A stretch of DNA of 64,000 bases, from the NCBI RefSeq assembly GCF_044704955.1, contig NC_091981.1:226238001-226302000 (forward strand), written 5' to 3'. The notes beneath the pieces were generated by a model, which worked only from the letters and a program-made list of their open reading frames with translations, was not told the origin of the DNA and did not search any database. Position 1 is the stretch's first letter; the number at the start of each line of letters is the position of its first letter. This document shows, piece after piece, positions 37,015 through 51,280 of the stretch. The position numbers and the translations under genes were made by a program. Source of the DNA: Pristiophorus japonicus. Lineage: Eukaryota.

Positions 37015-38060
37015 AGGTCATACTTTCTACTCAACTTCCACCCCACCAGCCCCCACATTCAATGGATCATCCTCAGCCATTTCTGCCAACTCCAGCATGA
37101 TCCCACCACCAAATACATCTTCCCCTCTCCTCCCCTTTCAGCATTCCAAAGGGACCATTCCTTCCACGACACCCTGGTTTACTCTATCACCCCCAATACC
37201 CTTCCCACACCAGCTTCCCGTGCAAGTGCAGAAAATGCAACACCTGTCCTTTTACATCCTCCCTTCCCACTGAAGTTTCATGTTCAGCCATAAACTCATT
37301 GAATGGTGGTGCAGGCTAGAAGGGCTGAATGGCCTACTCCTGCACCTATTTTCTATGTTTCTATGTTTCAATCCAGAGCCCCAAATGCTCCTTCCAGTTG
37401 AAACAGTGACTTACTTGTACTTCTTTCAATTTAGTATACTGCATTCGCTGCTCACGATTGGGTCTCCTGTACATTGAGGAGACTAAACGCAGATTGGATG
37501 ACTGCTTTGTGGAACACCTCCATTCAGTCTGCAGCCATGACCCCGAGCTTCCGGTCGCCTGTCGTTTTAATTCTTCAGACTGCTCCCACTCTGACCTCGG
37601 CCTCCTACACCATTCCAATGAAGCTCAATGTAAGCTCGAGGAACAGCACCTCATCTTTCGAGTAGGCAATTTACAGCCTTCCAGACTCAACTTTGAGTTC
37701 AACAATTTAAGATCATAACCTCTGCCCCCATTTTTTCAGATGGGAGCTGTTGCTGATGATTCTGATAATCCCATTTACATCTCCTCCAGAGCTATCTTTT
37801 GTTTCTTTACTTGTCCCATTACCATCTCTTTTCAACTTGCACCATCATCCTGTTTGTAATTTAACCTCTCCTGCCTTTCATCCTATCATATAACTTCCCC
37901 TTTGTTCTTTCCTCCCTCCCCCCTTTCCCTGCCTCTGTACTTGCTTAAAACCTGTTGCATCTCTAACTTTTTCCAGTTCTGACAAAACGTTATCTCTTTC
38001 TCTCTCTCCACAGATGCTGTCTGACTTGCTGAGTATTTCCAGCATTTTCTGTTTTTATTC
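37015..38060 (+). mobile_element. Penelope-like retroelement 3' part (GIY-YIG endonuclease and tail), interrupted by a ~100-bp CR1 tail at ~37269-37368
   Basis: ORF 37458-37718 YIEETKRRLDDCFVEH...PVACRFN...KLEEQHLIFRVGNLQPSRLN is typical of PLE GIY-YIG; tail CCACAGATGCTGTCTGACTTGCTGAGTATTTCCAGCATTTTCTG. Confidence 0.8.
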
Positions 38061-38944
38061 CACTCCTAACCTATTTAAAATAAAGTATTAATTCAATTTA
38101 AATTAGTAGTAAATTAATATTGAGATGGCCTCACTATAATGACAAAGATTGAATTAATGCATTGTTTGAAATTTTGTTGCTTTTTTATTAACAAAAAATC
38201 GGTTTTCCAGCTTGCCAATAGTGACTGAACATCAGATTAATGCTAAAGAGGATGCAGATGTCTCAAGAATTAACCTTGATTTCTGGGTACAGAAATGCCA
38301 TAAGAATTTATTCTAGGCTTCTAAGGGGGAAGCTAGAGCTCTCCTGTGACTTGCATCCTTAATGTCAACAACTCTGGTTCATTAGCTGCATTTGAAGCAT
38401 CCAGAAAATGAGGTTCAGACAACAGCACTAATATCGGGAGGGGAAAAAATGGATGAATAAGTTAAGCTAGCAGCTGTTGCCCTGGTCTTCGTTATTATAT
38501 TGTAGAAGACTGATGGCCCTGCCAGCATTGTACAGCAGTAGGTCTTCTGCATTGATTTTCAGCTTTTCCACAGCACAGCAAAGGCTGTTTCATCCGTGTG
38601 TAGTGTTTGTCCAACAGTTGAGCAGCAGCACGCAATGCAAAAATTCTGCATGAATGGTTTAACCTAGTCATGCTTCAGTCTGAATTACCATTTCGAGTTG
38701 TATTCTTGTTTTAAATTAAAATTTTAGCAACAACTGAGGGAGGTTTATTGAGGGAATAAGTAGTTCAAAATATTAAAAGTAGAAAGCACATGGGGAAAAG
38801 AGATGAAAATAATTAAATACATTTTTATTTAAAATTGTTTGTGTATTGTAGTCTTAGAATTCATATTACAATAATAAAGATATTACTTACATTTGACTAT
38901 CTTACTAATTTTACTCCGTGTCTGTGTATTGGCTTAAAACGTAC

Positions 38945-40000
38945 AACTTCTAGGAAACATGGATTACCTACTTTTATCCTTTCATAAGGACTTTGCCAAC
39001 CCATTTTTTAAAATTTATGAGCTGCTTCATATGATTCTACAGCCCTGCCCAGTTTGGAACCATCAGCAAATTTGATCACTTTGCATTCAGCTTCTGAGCT
39101 CAGGTCATTTATATAAATGAGAAACTGTAGTGGTACAACACCAAGCTCTTGGACCCCCCCCCGCCCCCCTGCCCCTCTTCTGAGAGAAATCCAGTAATGA
39201 GTAGTCTTTATTTTCTACCTATCAGCCAGTTCCTTATCCATTCCCAGGGTTTACCCTGAATTCAGAATGAGCTGGGCAAAATGTGAATGGGCATAACAAT
39301 TGCAGATGAAATTTAAGACAAATGCAAAGTACCTGTTCTTCACATCGGATGGGAATATTATCATCACACGTACTCAATGAATGCTGTTGAAATTGCTGAA
39401 GATAAAGTGGAAAGCGACCTGAGAGTACTAGTAGTCTCAATATTCATGCCCTACTAGTACAGAGCAGCAATCGTCAAAGCAATTAGAACATTCACTACAT
39501 AGCTAATAAAGTAGAAAACAAGTCAGAAGAAGTCATGATCAAACTATGTCCAGTTCTGATCACTGAGACACAAGACAGACATTGAAGCAGTAGAGGCAGC
39601 GGAAAGACGAGCTATGAGACATATCCTGGTGTCATAGGCCTGAGTTATGAGGAAAAGCTGAGACACTTGTGCTTTTTAACCTCGAAAGAAGGTGTCGGAG
39701 GTGATCTTAGAGGTATACAAGATGGTAAATGTTATGGAAAAGGTTAATCTGGAATGTTACTTTAAATTTGTGGGAGTAGGACAAGTGGATGTAGGTTCAG
39801 CCACTAAGGATTCATTTTTAAGAGTGGAAGCAAGTCTTTTCCGAGGGAATGCCTATGATGATTTACAGAGTGATCAGAGTGGTGCAGGCAAAGAGCCTGG
39901 CTGCATTTGAGAAACAATTGGATGATGCAGTGGGGGGGGGACTGTGAGTTGCTACTGGATGAACTAATATCATTGTCTTCCACATCCCGAATTATCATGT
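38945..40000. mobile_element. Highly decayed CR1 fragments (minus ~38945-39250, plus ~39270-40000)
   Basis: Degenerate FADD-like, WQM.FN..KCKV and GDL.EVYK motifs. Confidence 0.55.
39795..39862 (+). mobile_element. Very short RTE 3' tail insertion
   Basis: GTTCAGCCACTAAGGATTCATTTTTAAGAGTGGAAGCAAGTCTT...GCCTATGATGAT matches the RTE 3' end at 58634-58718 (reverse complement). Confidence 0.75.
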
Positions 40001-41170
40001 GATCTACCAGCAGTTTAAGGGTTCATAGCTTTGGAGTATACTGAGTCTAGGAACAAGAGATCATTTTTCAGCATCTCAAACGGGCCAGTGATATTACATC
40101 ACTGGGCAAATACAGACTATGGAGGGCAAATAATTCGTCTGACGTTTTAGTTGTCTTGGGGTTCTACATGGACTACTATTGAAGCACAGATATTAATAGC
40201 TCATGTCAAATTTAGGTCTTGCATTGTGTTGGCTGCTCCATTTGGCGCTTACCTGCCACTTGACTATTTCAATGTATTTAGCGCTATTCTAAAAGAAAAT
40301 GCAGGCGCCTTAAATTGGATGTTACTGATATCAGTAAGACATCTTTTGAAAACCGTTTTAATTAGGATTGTAAGAATAATTCGACGTTGCGTGGTGGCTT
40401 GATTAATTTTTAGTAACACAATTCTTCAAGTGCAAATGAGCTTCTGGACTGCAGCACAGGAGTACCGGGAATCGAGACTTTGCTGGCGAACTGGCTCCTG
40501 TAGTCGACCATCGTCATGTTACATTCCAGTGCTTGCTGAGCCCCTGAGAATCCGTTTAACCTGTGAATATTAAATCTGTCTCGTCGTAATCTACTGCTCT
40601 ATTATAATATGTTAATTGCTTATACTTTTTCGCAATCGTACCATTAAACCATGAGAAGTCTAACAAACGGGATGTCATTTATGCTTTCAAAATCAATGTA
40701 AACACTATTATGTTGTAATAAAGCATACTGTACATTCAAGAACGTCCTCAACAATTAAGATCACAAGACCAGGTGACCCAATACGTGCAACCAATTACCT
40801 TTTTAAGTATGTTTAGATTAAGGATGGAGAAAGTCATTCAGTTGTAAACTCCACCCGGGTAACATCGTGTGTCTGACTGAACAAAACTTCGTCCAGTGTT
40901 TCAAACGGACGCGGCAGAATCCAGTGATCAGGAACCTGCAGGAACGTTGATGGTGCTGGGAGTGTACAGCTTGATTTTTTTTTTAATGCGCTTTGGTATG
41001 ATGAGCCTTTAGAGCCCACATGTCTTTTGAAACTTGCATAATTCGCTTCAATGCAATTGGCAGAGTGTAAAAAAAATGCCCATTGGGCATAAAGGGTACA
41101 GATAGGTGATCCAGCTGGAGCAGATGGTGCAAACATGCATTTTCATATGTGACCTTTGTTTCTTTATTAG

Positions 41171-41311
41171 GACCATACTTGAGCAGGATAAGCTGCTAGA
41201 GTTTGCCAAACTGGGGAGTTACCTGGAGTATGATCTGTTCGGCACTGAAATGCTGAATTACGCTTTTAACCCGGCCGTGGATATGCCCTGTGACACTGAA
41301 AGGATTCATCG
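41171..41311 (+). CDS. PTER: Phosphotriesterase-related protein, internal coding exon, 141 bp
   Basis: TTTATTAG acceptor; (R)[46 protein letters not shown](R); GTAGGT donor; splice phase matches both neighbouring exons. Confidence 0.96.
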
Positions 41312-41619
41312 GTAGGTAGAAAGCTAGACTGGCGTCATATGGAGACAGCCCTGGGCTGTGTGTTATGGGAAATTAGATTTACTTTAATGAGTTAGCATAT
41401 ATATCGATAAAAAAAGTCTAAAGTCTATTCGATGAGATTTTTTTATTAACCTTTCCTATTTGAATATTCCTATTCGACAATTAGAGAATAGCTCTTGAAG
41501 CTTTTAAATAAAAAGCGATGTTTTTATTTCAATTTCTATACAATTCATTTCGATTGTCAAGTATCGCCACAAGGTAAACCATAATTTCTTACTTTTTGCA
41601 ATGACACTTAAATTGTAAC

Positions 41620-41822
41620 ACAAAAGCAAAATACTGCGGATGCTGGAATCTGAAATAAAAACAAAATACTGGAAATACTCAGCAAGTCAGGCAGTATCTG
41701 TGGAGAGAGAAACAGAGTTAACGCTTCAGCTCGATGACGCAGGGTCTGACCTGAATCGTTAACTCTGTTTCTTTCCACAGATGCTGCCTGACCTGCTGAG
41801 TATTTCCAGCATTTTGTTTTTT
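41620..41822. mobile_element. Fold-back element made of two inverted Penelope-tail sequences
   Basis: CTGGAAATACTCAGCAAGTCAGGCAGTATCTGTGGAGAGAGAAACAGAGTTAACG pairs with CGTTAACTCTGTTTCTTTCCACAGATGCTGCCTGACCTGCTGAGTATTTCCAG; the right arm matches 37986-38060. Confidence 0.8.
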
Positions 41823-42659
41823 AATCTTGAATTGCGATAGTCATGTTCGCGGAGTACCGATTTTCATCTGTAGAGCGATTTTACGGTGCGAATTCGTGGA
41901 ATTTCCCACGATGTCCTATTACGAAATACTGAAATCAGAAAACTTTGTGTAACTCGTAAGGAAACCTGCCGGATGTTCGTTGCAAAACGTACGTTAATTT
42001 CTCTGGTAGACCAGTGGTTCTCGCTGCTCTGTAAAACAAGCTGCATTTTGATGTGGGGAACAAAACCAGTTCAAGATTCACTGTGTATCAGCATGTAGTA
42101 TGCAAGAGAGCGCCATGTTCTAAAGAAAAGTTCATGTTTCTCTTTACTGTAAAACTGTAATCTAAAGTGCACCCCTACTTTAAACAAAAGCAGTAATGAA
42201 CACCCATTGCATTGGAAAGGTAACTGCTATCTCAAACACTACCTGCGAAACTGGCTGTGATCTGAATTGGGTGGATGCCTTTTATCATTCATTCTATCAC
42301 TGCTATTTGCTGTTTGTCTTTGCTGCAGTATAATACAATTGAAAGTAACGTTTAGTTCTACATAAGTAGAATATTTATTTATTATATACAAGCTTGCGAA
42401 GTATTTCCGTATTTAAAGCACTGGCCCATCAATGAATAGCGCCTTTCTTTTTCCACAAACGCTAAATTCTCTCTTTTCTCTCTAAATTCCATTGTCTTTT
42501 TGATAGTACTGCACAATTAATTTAATATTAACAAGGAACATCTCAATCTAGTCAGACGTCATTTGTAATCGTGTCTCTAGTTTTGCTAGAAGGGAGTAAG
42601 GGTCGAAGTAAAGCAACTTTAGAAGTCTAGGCATTTGGGGTATATCTAAGAGTCCGACT

Positions 42660-43225
42660 GTGCCCCGCCTCAGCCCATCTGCTGCTGAAACCCTCATCCA
42701 TGTCTTTGATACCGCGAGACGATTATTCCAACGCACTCCTGGCCAGAGTCACATCTTCCATCATCCAAAACTCGGCTGCTCATGCCCTAACTGGCAAAAA
42801 GTCCAGTCTGCCCATCACCCCTGTGCTGGCTGACCGACATTGGCTCCCGGTTGAGCAACGCCTGGATTTCAAAATTCTCATCCTGGTTTTCAAATCCTTC
42901 CATGGCCTCACCCCTCCTTATCTCTCTCATCTCCTCCAACCTTACAATCCTCAGCGATCTGCGCTCTTCTAATGCTGGTCTCTTGTGCATCCCTGATTTC
43001 AATTGTTCCACCATTGGTGGCTGCCAAGGCCCTAAGCTTGGGAATTCCCTCCCTAAACCCCTCTATCTTTCTTTCATCATTTAAGACACTCGTTAAAACC
43101 TACCTCTTTGACCATGCTTTTGGTCATCTGCACTAATATCTCCTTATGTGGCTCAGTGTCAGATTTTGTTTGGTAACGCACCTGTGAAGCGCTTTGGGAA
43201 TGTTTTATTACATTAAAGGCTCTAT
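42660..43225 (+). mobile_element. L2 LINE 3' fragment
   Basis: ORF 42700-42972 (IQNSAA...ITPVLA..HWLPV.QRLDFKILILVFKS.HGLTPPYLS); L2 tail AAAGGCTCTATACAAATG-GAAGTTGTTG. Confidence 0.88.
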
Positions 43226-43405
43226 ACAAATGGAAGTTGTTGAGTCAAGTGGTGGGTTTCGAGTTTCTGTGCTGTATACATTTTGCTTGAAGAAAGCTAC
43301 TATGCCTGACTGTGTTTTAAAAAAAAAGTTACATAAAGAAGTGGATGCTCGGGTACTGGCAAATGTTCTGACTTGAATTTACCACGAATGGATTTATATT
43401 TTCAG

Positions 43406-43616
43406 GATCCGTTTGCTGGTTGAAGAGGGGTATGGAGACAACGTGCTGATCGCCCACGATATTCACACTAAGCACAGGTTGACAAAGTACGGAGGACACG
43501 GCTATTCCCACATTCTGATCAACATAGTCCCGAAAATGAAGCAGCGTGGCTTCCCCCAGTCTGCAATAGACAAGATTTTAGTGGAAAACCCGAAACGATG
43601 GCTAACGTTCAAATAA
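43406..43616 (+). CDS. PTER: Phosphotriesterase-related protein, last coding exon
   Basis: TTTTCAG acceptor; (R)[44 protein letters not shown]...[10 protein letters not shown]; contains the AHD metal-ligand motif. Confidence 0.97.
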
Positions 43617-44257
43617 TTAAATGGACACTATCCGATTGTCTTAAAGTAATTTACAATTGATTTTAAGGCCTATGTTTCCCAATGGACTGATTTACAGTTG
43701 ATTTAAGGGCAGCGTTGTCTCTATAAAATCTTAATTCCTAAGAAAATTCAGAAAACGCGGTGGACCAGTACCATAATTTGAAGAGTACCCGTTCTGTGAT
43801 GATCTCTTATTATTTAGTTGTGTCGCGATAAAGAAACGTTTAGCAAAGTTAATGAGGTAGATCGTACAATTTGTTGCAGCATTTACTGTAGTATAAGGGG
43901 TTTCTAGCAATTAAAACAACCCACTTGGGGCTAATTCGACTCGGGCGATAATTTGTCAATTTGTTGCCTGCCTTCTTCCACAGCGTGTAATATCGGTGCT
44001 ATGGATAAGGCAAACGTCAAAGTTCAGCTAAAGTATAGAATATTTCTGAAATGTAAACTACTTGGCTACATAACTTTAAAGTACAGCAACTATTGTTAAC
44101 TGTTGACTGCAAAACACAATGGGACGTCCCGAGGACGTGATAAAGTGCTGTATAAAAACGAATTATTTCTATTATTGAGTCCGCGTTTGTTTCCTATCGA
44201 TTACTTTCATATTTAAATGTTAATACCATATTAGCTTCTAATAATCCATTAATTTGT

Positions 44258-44263
44258 AATAAA
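44258..44263 (+). terminator. Candidate PTER polyadenylation signal AATAAA
   Basis: AATAAA ~640 nt after the stop with GT-rich sequence downstream; other candidate hexamers exist nearby. Confidence 0.35.
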
Positions 44264-45820
44264 AACAGTCTGGTTGTATCAACCCTGTATTATGAGGGCG
44301 AGGAAATGAAAGTTGAAATTAAAGTGCATCTCTTGCTTAAGATTGTTTTACTACTTGTTTCAAAATATTTATTTGAAAAATGTTTCTTCTTCTAACCTCT
44401 GGCACAAAGTGTAAGATGATATTTCCATGCGCAGTAAAGGAATTTTGAATATTTACGAATTGAAGCAATGCTACTTTTACATCAAATCAAAGAGAAGTTG
44501 GGTTCTGAAACAAGATAGACCAGGCGTAGGAAGGTGTTGTATCTTTTAATAAACAGCAATATTGTATAACAGTAATCTGGGCCCAAAACAGTAACGGAGT
44601 TATTGTAATAAATCGCGTAAATTAACGTATAAATGGGGAAAGGAAATGTCTGCCTTATTTATACCAGACTTCAAATTGAGTGCTGTTGCTAAACTAAACT
44701 TAAAAGTGAAAGTTGTGGAAATAATTGTCTGTAAAATCTTATTTATTTGTACTGAATTTAATATAGAGGCCTAAAGCTGGAAGCACATTTTAACATGGCC
44801 CTAACATTGCATGATAGGTTCTCGTATGTAATCCCACCGCACTCAATCATGTGTGCGGGGGGGATTATTTATCAGCCACGTAGAGTATATCCAATTAAGA
44901 CTTAAGAATACCGCGAAGGAACTTGCACGATTGAATGGCTTCCATCATACAGTTTGGTCAATCGGTCTAATAAGGTCTTTATTTGTGGTATGAAACGTTA
45001 GCTAATAATCGAAATATAAGCAGTCAAATCAATGTTAAATAATGATAGTCCTAATAATTATTGTGTATTGCATGAAAATACTTTAACACATATATGATCA
45101 AAAGATTTATTTTTAAAATTTATGGCATCTTATTGCATATACATATATGTCGAACTTGAAATTCATGCCACAGCGATCAGAAAGCTGCACAGTATCTATT
45201 GCACGCACGTTATTCTTTATATGAATCTCTGGTTGTTAAATGCAAAGAATGACTCCAATAGAAGGCAAACACTGACCTTATTAAAACAGCAGCATACTCA
45301 TTTAACAATGCAATTATAATAGTTGGCGGGAAATCGTCGCTCACCACAGCGATTAATGCGGAACTCCAAGCAGAGAAATGGCTAGTCACGACAACCAAAG
45401 AGGCGCTGCATGGATAAAGCTGTGAGTTCAATACATCAAAGCAGCAGAGAATGAAGAACACTTGGAAATCCTGCTTTGTCTCCCTACACGATCTTGAGGT
45501 TTTATAGAGAAATTGAGCATTGTGCCCAGCACTGGACAGACGTCCTCTCACAAACACCATGCTAACATTGAGAAATTTCTTTGGGTGGAGAAGTCAGACT
45601 GACCCAAACTGAGCCTATTTACATGGACATGGTCTTTTCAAGGTGTGCAAGTATGTTTCAAATAGCAAAACGGCTGGTTGCATCCAGAAGCACGGTGCAC
45701 AGCTGGCGACCGTCCATTTGGTTTATGCACTGATCTTCTAGGCCGTGGGAATCCCGCCCTCAGTCGTTCACGCAGGGAGGTGATTTGATTTGGTTGTTTC
45801 TTTATTTGTTCGCTCTTCCC

Positions 45821-46105
<285 letters not shown>

Positions 46106-46578
46106 TCATATCCTTTATCTGATCTCTTTCGTCAACATCTGTCTTGTCTCGCCTGTTCTAGCTGTATAATTTGTGTTTATAAATGCCTATTTGCACGTCT
46201 CTTGTCCTTTGGCTTGTATGATTATTCAGGTTCAAACTCTCGTTCTATCATTTTAATCTTAAGCATAAATAAATATTTTCTTTCCCGCCCCAACGCAAAC
46301 ACACTTACTCATAGTTCACCTGTCCCTCTTTGATTACTATTCGTGGTAAATGTTACAATTATATCAACCATTTCCTTATTAAAATGACCGTTACCTATAC
46401 CACAGCATAGATGCACTCCATTGTTTCGAAGCTGGACCTTTCCTGGGCGCCTTGTGTAACTGACAAGTAACTTGTACTAAACGCGGGAATCATCCGGTTC
46501 AATTCATTGGGAGGCCATCAACGAATTGGAAACCGACGCGGCGTGGCTTGTCGGCACACACATACAATGATAGAGTCA

Positions 46579-47457
<879 letters not shown>

Positions 47458-47624
47458 TCAAGCCTGGTCTTGAACTGTTGAATGAGACGGTGGTTAGACG
47501 GTGCCTGGAATTTAAGCGGGGAGGGGGCACGGACGAAAAGCAGTTTCTTCTCACGCCTCCAGCCAGTTTCCACCTGTCCCGATCCTAGATTCACGTGTGA
47601 GTAGAAGAACAAATCATCTCAAAG

Positions 47625-47648
47625 CACACACACACACACACACACACA
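47625..47648. repeat. (CA)12 microsatellite in the C1QL3 5' region
   Basis: Read directly from the sequence. Confidence 0.95.
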
Positions 47649-49249
47649 AAAAGGTTCCTCAGTCCTTATCGAATTAGTGGCGATCGACTCTTTCAACTGT
47701 GTCACTCCACCTGACACTTCACACAGCCCTGCCGGCACAGCAGCAAAGCCTGAACGTAAGGCTTGAGCAACCTGTTGGACCTCACCGATTCACGCCAGGG
47801 CTGTTATTGACAAACACTCACTGAAAGTTCCTCCCAGCAGATCCAATGACCAGAGCAGGAGAGAGGCAGAGACTCAAATACCTAAGCACACAAATAAATT
47901 CCGAAACACAGCGACACTGAAAACCTGCTTCGCGATTCACCAACCAGCGATCTGAATGGAAGGCTAACTGCAGCCTCCCACCGGGGAAGGGTAATTTGAA
48001 AGTCTAATATCAAGAAAAAGAAGCACCCCTGTCATTCGTGGCAGCGCCTGTAAAAAAAAATATTTCCTGCCAAATGAATGCTGAATCTGAGTTAGCGGAG
48101 TACTGTACAGTGAGTGCCGTACACTGTGCAGAAATATTTAACACTCTCCATCGACATGCAAGGATACTTTAGCTGCGCTACCCTCACATTTTTATGTGAT
48201 ATGTTAAGGTCATGTTCCGTGACACTAGGAAACAAAGATAAATCGATTGTTTATCCTGAAGAATAAATGTCAGATTCCCCTGTTTACAGGCGCTGGAGTG
48301 AGCTATAAAGCTGCCCAGTTCGGCATGTGGGAAGGACACAGGCAAGTGCTTGATATTACTGTACCACTCACTCTATGTTCGCCAGGTCAAAGCCGATCAG
48401 AACTGATAAGACTTGACAGTTATTTTTACAAACGTTAATGCAATGTAGAAAAATCACATATTTAAGTGTGAAAGTGCTGAATGCGATTATTTCCCGAAAC
48501 AGGGCTGCGGGTAAGGCGCCATCGAAAAATGCCTCAAGTGTCAATTAAGATCCACCTCTTCATTCGAACTGATATCATTGTTGGACGGTTCCCCCTATAC
48601 TAAGCAATGACGAGCTTCGGTAAATATGTTACAAGTCACGTTAACAAAATTGGGAGTATCGCAATGTGGGTTTAATTTTTAAAGAGGCCAGAGTATAACA
48701 TACTGAATATTGCAAAAGTGGTTCGTTTGATATTTAAAGATTGGATGTGTGATGGAGTTGCTATTTTTTGCAAGTCAGAATGTAAATAAGGTACGGCCCA
48801 ATTCTCGGTTCTCTTTATCTTTCTCATACGAGCATAAAATAGGATTTTGAACTTCACGCCTTACCCATGTAATTGTGGACAATCAAAAGAGCAATTGGCC
48901 TTATTCACATGTTTGATAAGATTTCACACAGGCTGCACCACATAAGAACTTAGTTGCCAACCTTACCAGATCCGCCTTCTGATAGGTGTTAGATCGCAGT
49001 TTCGAATCTCTTGGAGGGGAGAGGGAAGTCGCAAATGCCGAATCCATTAGTGCAGTATTTGGGAAATATGTTGCGAAATGGTATTCTGTGCATTCACGTA
49101 GCCCCATTGTTTTATACATGTGACATGAACTGAATAGGGAACAGACAGGACTGTTGTGGTCTTTTCTAATAACTGACGTACCGATTAATACAGAGACCTG
49201 TTTGCTCAATAAGAACTTACTTACACAAAGGTTATAATACGGAAGCAGA

Positions 49250-49500
49250 ACATTGGGCCTAAACAGTCCCTGTGGGCTTACCCTCCATTGGGAGGAACTA
49301 ATCTTAATCACATTTACCCATCCTGTTCCCATACTCCTTCCCCCCTTTTTTCTTCAGCTAGCTATCCAATCTAATCTTGAATGTTGATATAGTTTCTGCC
49401 TCAACCATTAACTCTGGAAGTGAATTCCACAGTTTACAACTCAGTGTGTAAAGAGTTCTCTTGCTATCTGTTCTAAATATCTTACAATTAATATTTTACT
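49250..49500 (-). mobile_element. Old CR1 3' fragment
   Basis: TATCCAATCTAATCTTGAATG...GCCTCAACCA...TGGAAGTGAATTCCACAG antisense CR1 end. Confidence 0.6.
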
Positions 49501-49599
49501 TTATTTAATTTCTCTCCGTTTTTTTGGCCAATTTTTCTCCCCCTCCCCTTCCATCCTGAAGGCATTGGCTTTTTCTTGGTGTAGGGTTCCATGATGATC

Positions 49600-49985
49600 A
49601 CCTGGTCCAAGTCACCATTATTCATGTGTGAGCCTTCACAGTGAGTGTTGGAAGACTACTCAACTAGAAGGATGTATTCCAGCTAAGCCCAATATTGTTC
49701 TCAGTCAACCTCCATACACACACATGCAGGCACACACACACATGCACACACATGCACACACACACACGCACCACACATGGGCACATGGACACACATCCAG
49801 CAGGGGCTGCTGGTTAGTGACCAGGAGTGGGAACCCTGGAAGACTTCCCCCTCTCAAGTCCAAAGCACTGAGACAAGTTATAACACTGCAGCTCGGTTGA
49901 CATCAGCTAACTCAGCACAGACCAGGAATTGAACCTGGGATCATTCTGGTCTCTAGGGCTCAACTATTTGCTGGATGAGCTCCTT
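49600..49985 (-). mobile_element. tRNA-derived SINE with an internal (CA/CATG)n tract
   Basis: Antisense B-box-like TCCCAGGTTCAATTCCTGGTCTGTGCTGAGTTAGCTGATG at ~49900-49940. Confidence 0.5.
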
Positions 49986-50359
49986 GAGGCTTTACAATTT
50001 TGTTTCACTTTCTGTTATAATTGACTTGGGAGCACTTAGTGGTGATATTGGCTAACAAAAAGTTAAAATGTGTTTTTTTTCTCCTTAGCATTGAAACTCC
50101 TGACCATGAATGACAAAAAAAAAACCCACAAAACATTTTGAAGAAAAACGATTCAAAAACTTTAGAATTGTTCAATCTATTCTTCAATCTGAAATATGTC
50201 AGAGTATATCATCTCAATTCTAATGGTATATAAGAAAGTCCAATGCCTGCCTTCGAAATGAGGGAATTATTGGTGGTGACAATTATGTGTGGTAAAAGTG
50301 ACAAAGATGTGAACACGTATTTGAATGCATGGAGCTGTTTTTAAACTAAAAAGACAGAA

Positions 50360-50442
50360 AGACTTGCATTTCACAACCACTGGACATCCCAAAGCATTTT
50401 ACACCCAATGGAGTACTTTTGAAGCATAGTCACTGTTGTAAC
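50360..50442 (-). mobile_element. DeuSINE-like SINE 3' fragment
   Basis: GACATCCCAAAGCATTTTACACCCAATGGAGTACTTTTGAAGCATAGTCACTGTTGTAA, similar to 55445-55545. Confidence 0.6.
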
Positions 50443-51280
50443 TAAAGTAAATGATTGTAATTCCTACTGAGTGAATATTAATAGGTCTCGAGTTGGGCAT
50501 TATGAAAGATTACAGACTTGGTTTCAGTTTTATCAGTGACGGAGCTAGGTCTAACCAACTGGGGACAGAGGTCAAAACCAAAATTTGGCCAACTTCGCAG
50601 AAGTGAACTGAGCTGGTAATTGGGGAATGCTGACTTACCTAGTCCAAAAACAAGCCGGGAAGCACACAAACCTGAAGGTCAAAGCCTGGTGACAGAGGTT
50701 CCTGGCAGCGAAATGCAGGCGATTCTCCAAAGCTGTGTTAGCTGACATCAAAATGATTCGGGGTTCATGACCCCCTTTGGCTCTGCCACTGGTTGGGATT
50801 ATTTCAGAATATTCACATTTTGTTCAAATATGGACCATCTCTATTTGACATTTATATTGTCCCTTNNNNNNNNNNNNNNNNNNNNNNNNNNNNNNNNNNN
50901 NNNNNNNNNNNNNNNNNNNNNNNNNNNNNNNNNNNNNNNNNNNNNNNNNNNNNNNNNNNNNNNNNNNNNNNNNNNNNNNNNNNNNNNNNNNNNNNNNNNN
51001 NNNNNNNNNNNNNNNNNTGCTCCCTTTCCTCCTTTCTATCTTTTATGTTTTTCCATAAATTTCCCACAACAAAAAACTTAGTTTTTTTTTCATGATCATT
51101 GAGAGTAAACATTCTCTTGTGAGGAATTATTTTGTGTATTTGCATTGAGTGATACGTATAATCAGGGCACAAAGCAAAAGCCAACGTCAAAATATCCAAG
51201 AAACTCGGGCATAGGTGTTCTACCATATGTAGTTACACTATGCCTGAAACTCTTCACTCTTTCAAGCCCATCATTATTAT

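Noticed and set aside
48901-49332. 143-aa minus-strand ORF upstream of C1QL3
   Set aside because: No recognisable domain or splice context, and it starts within an old CR1 fragment.
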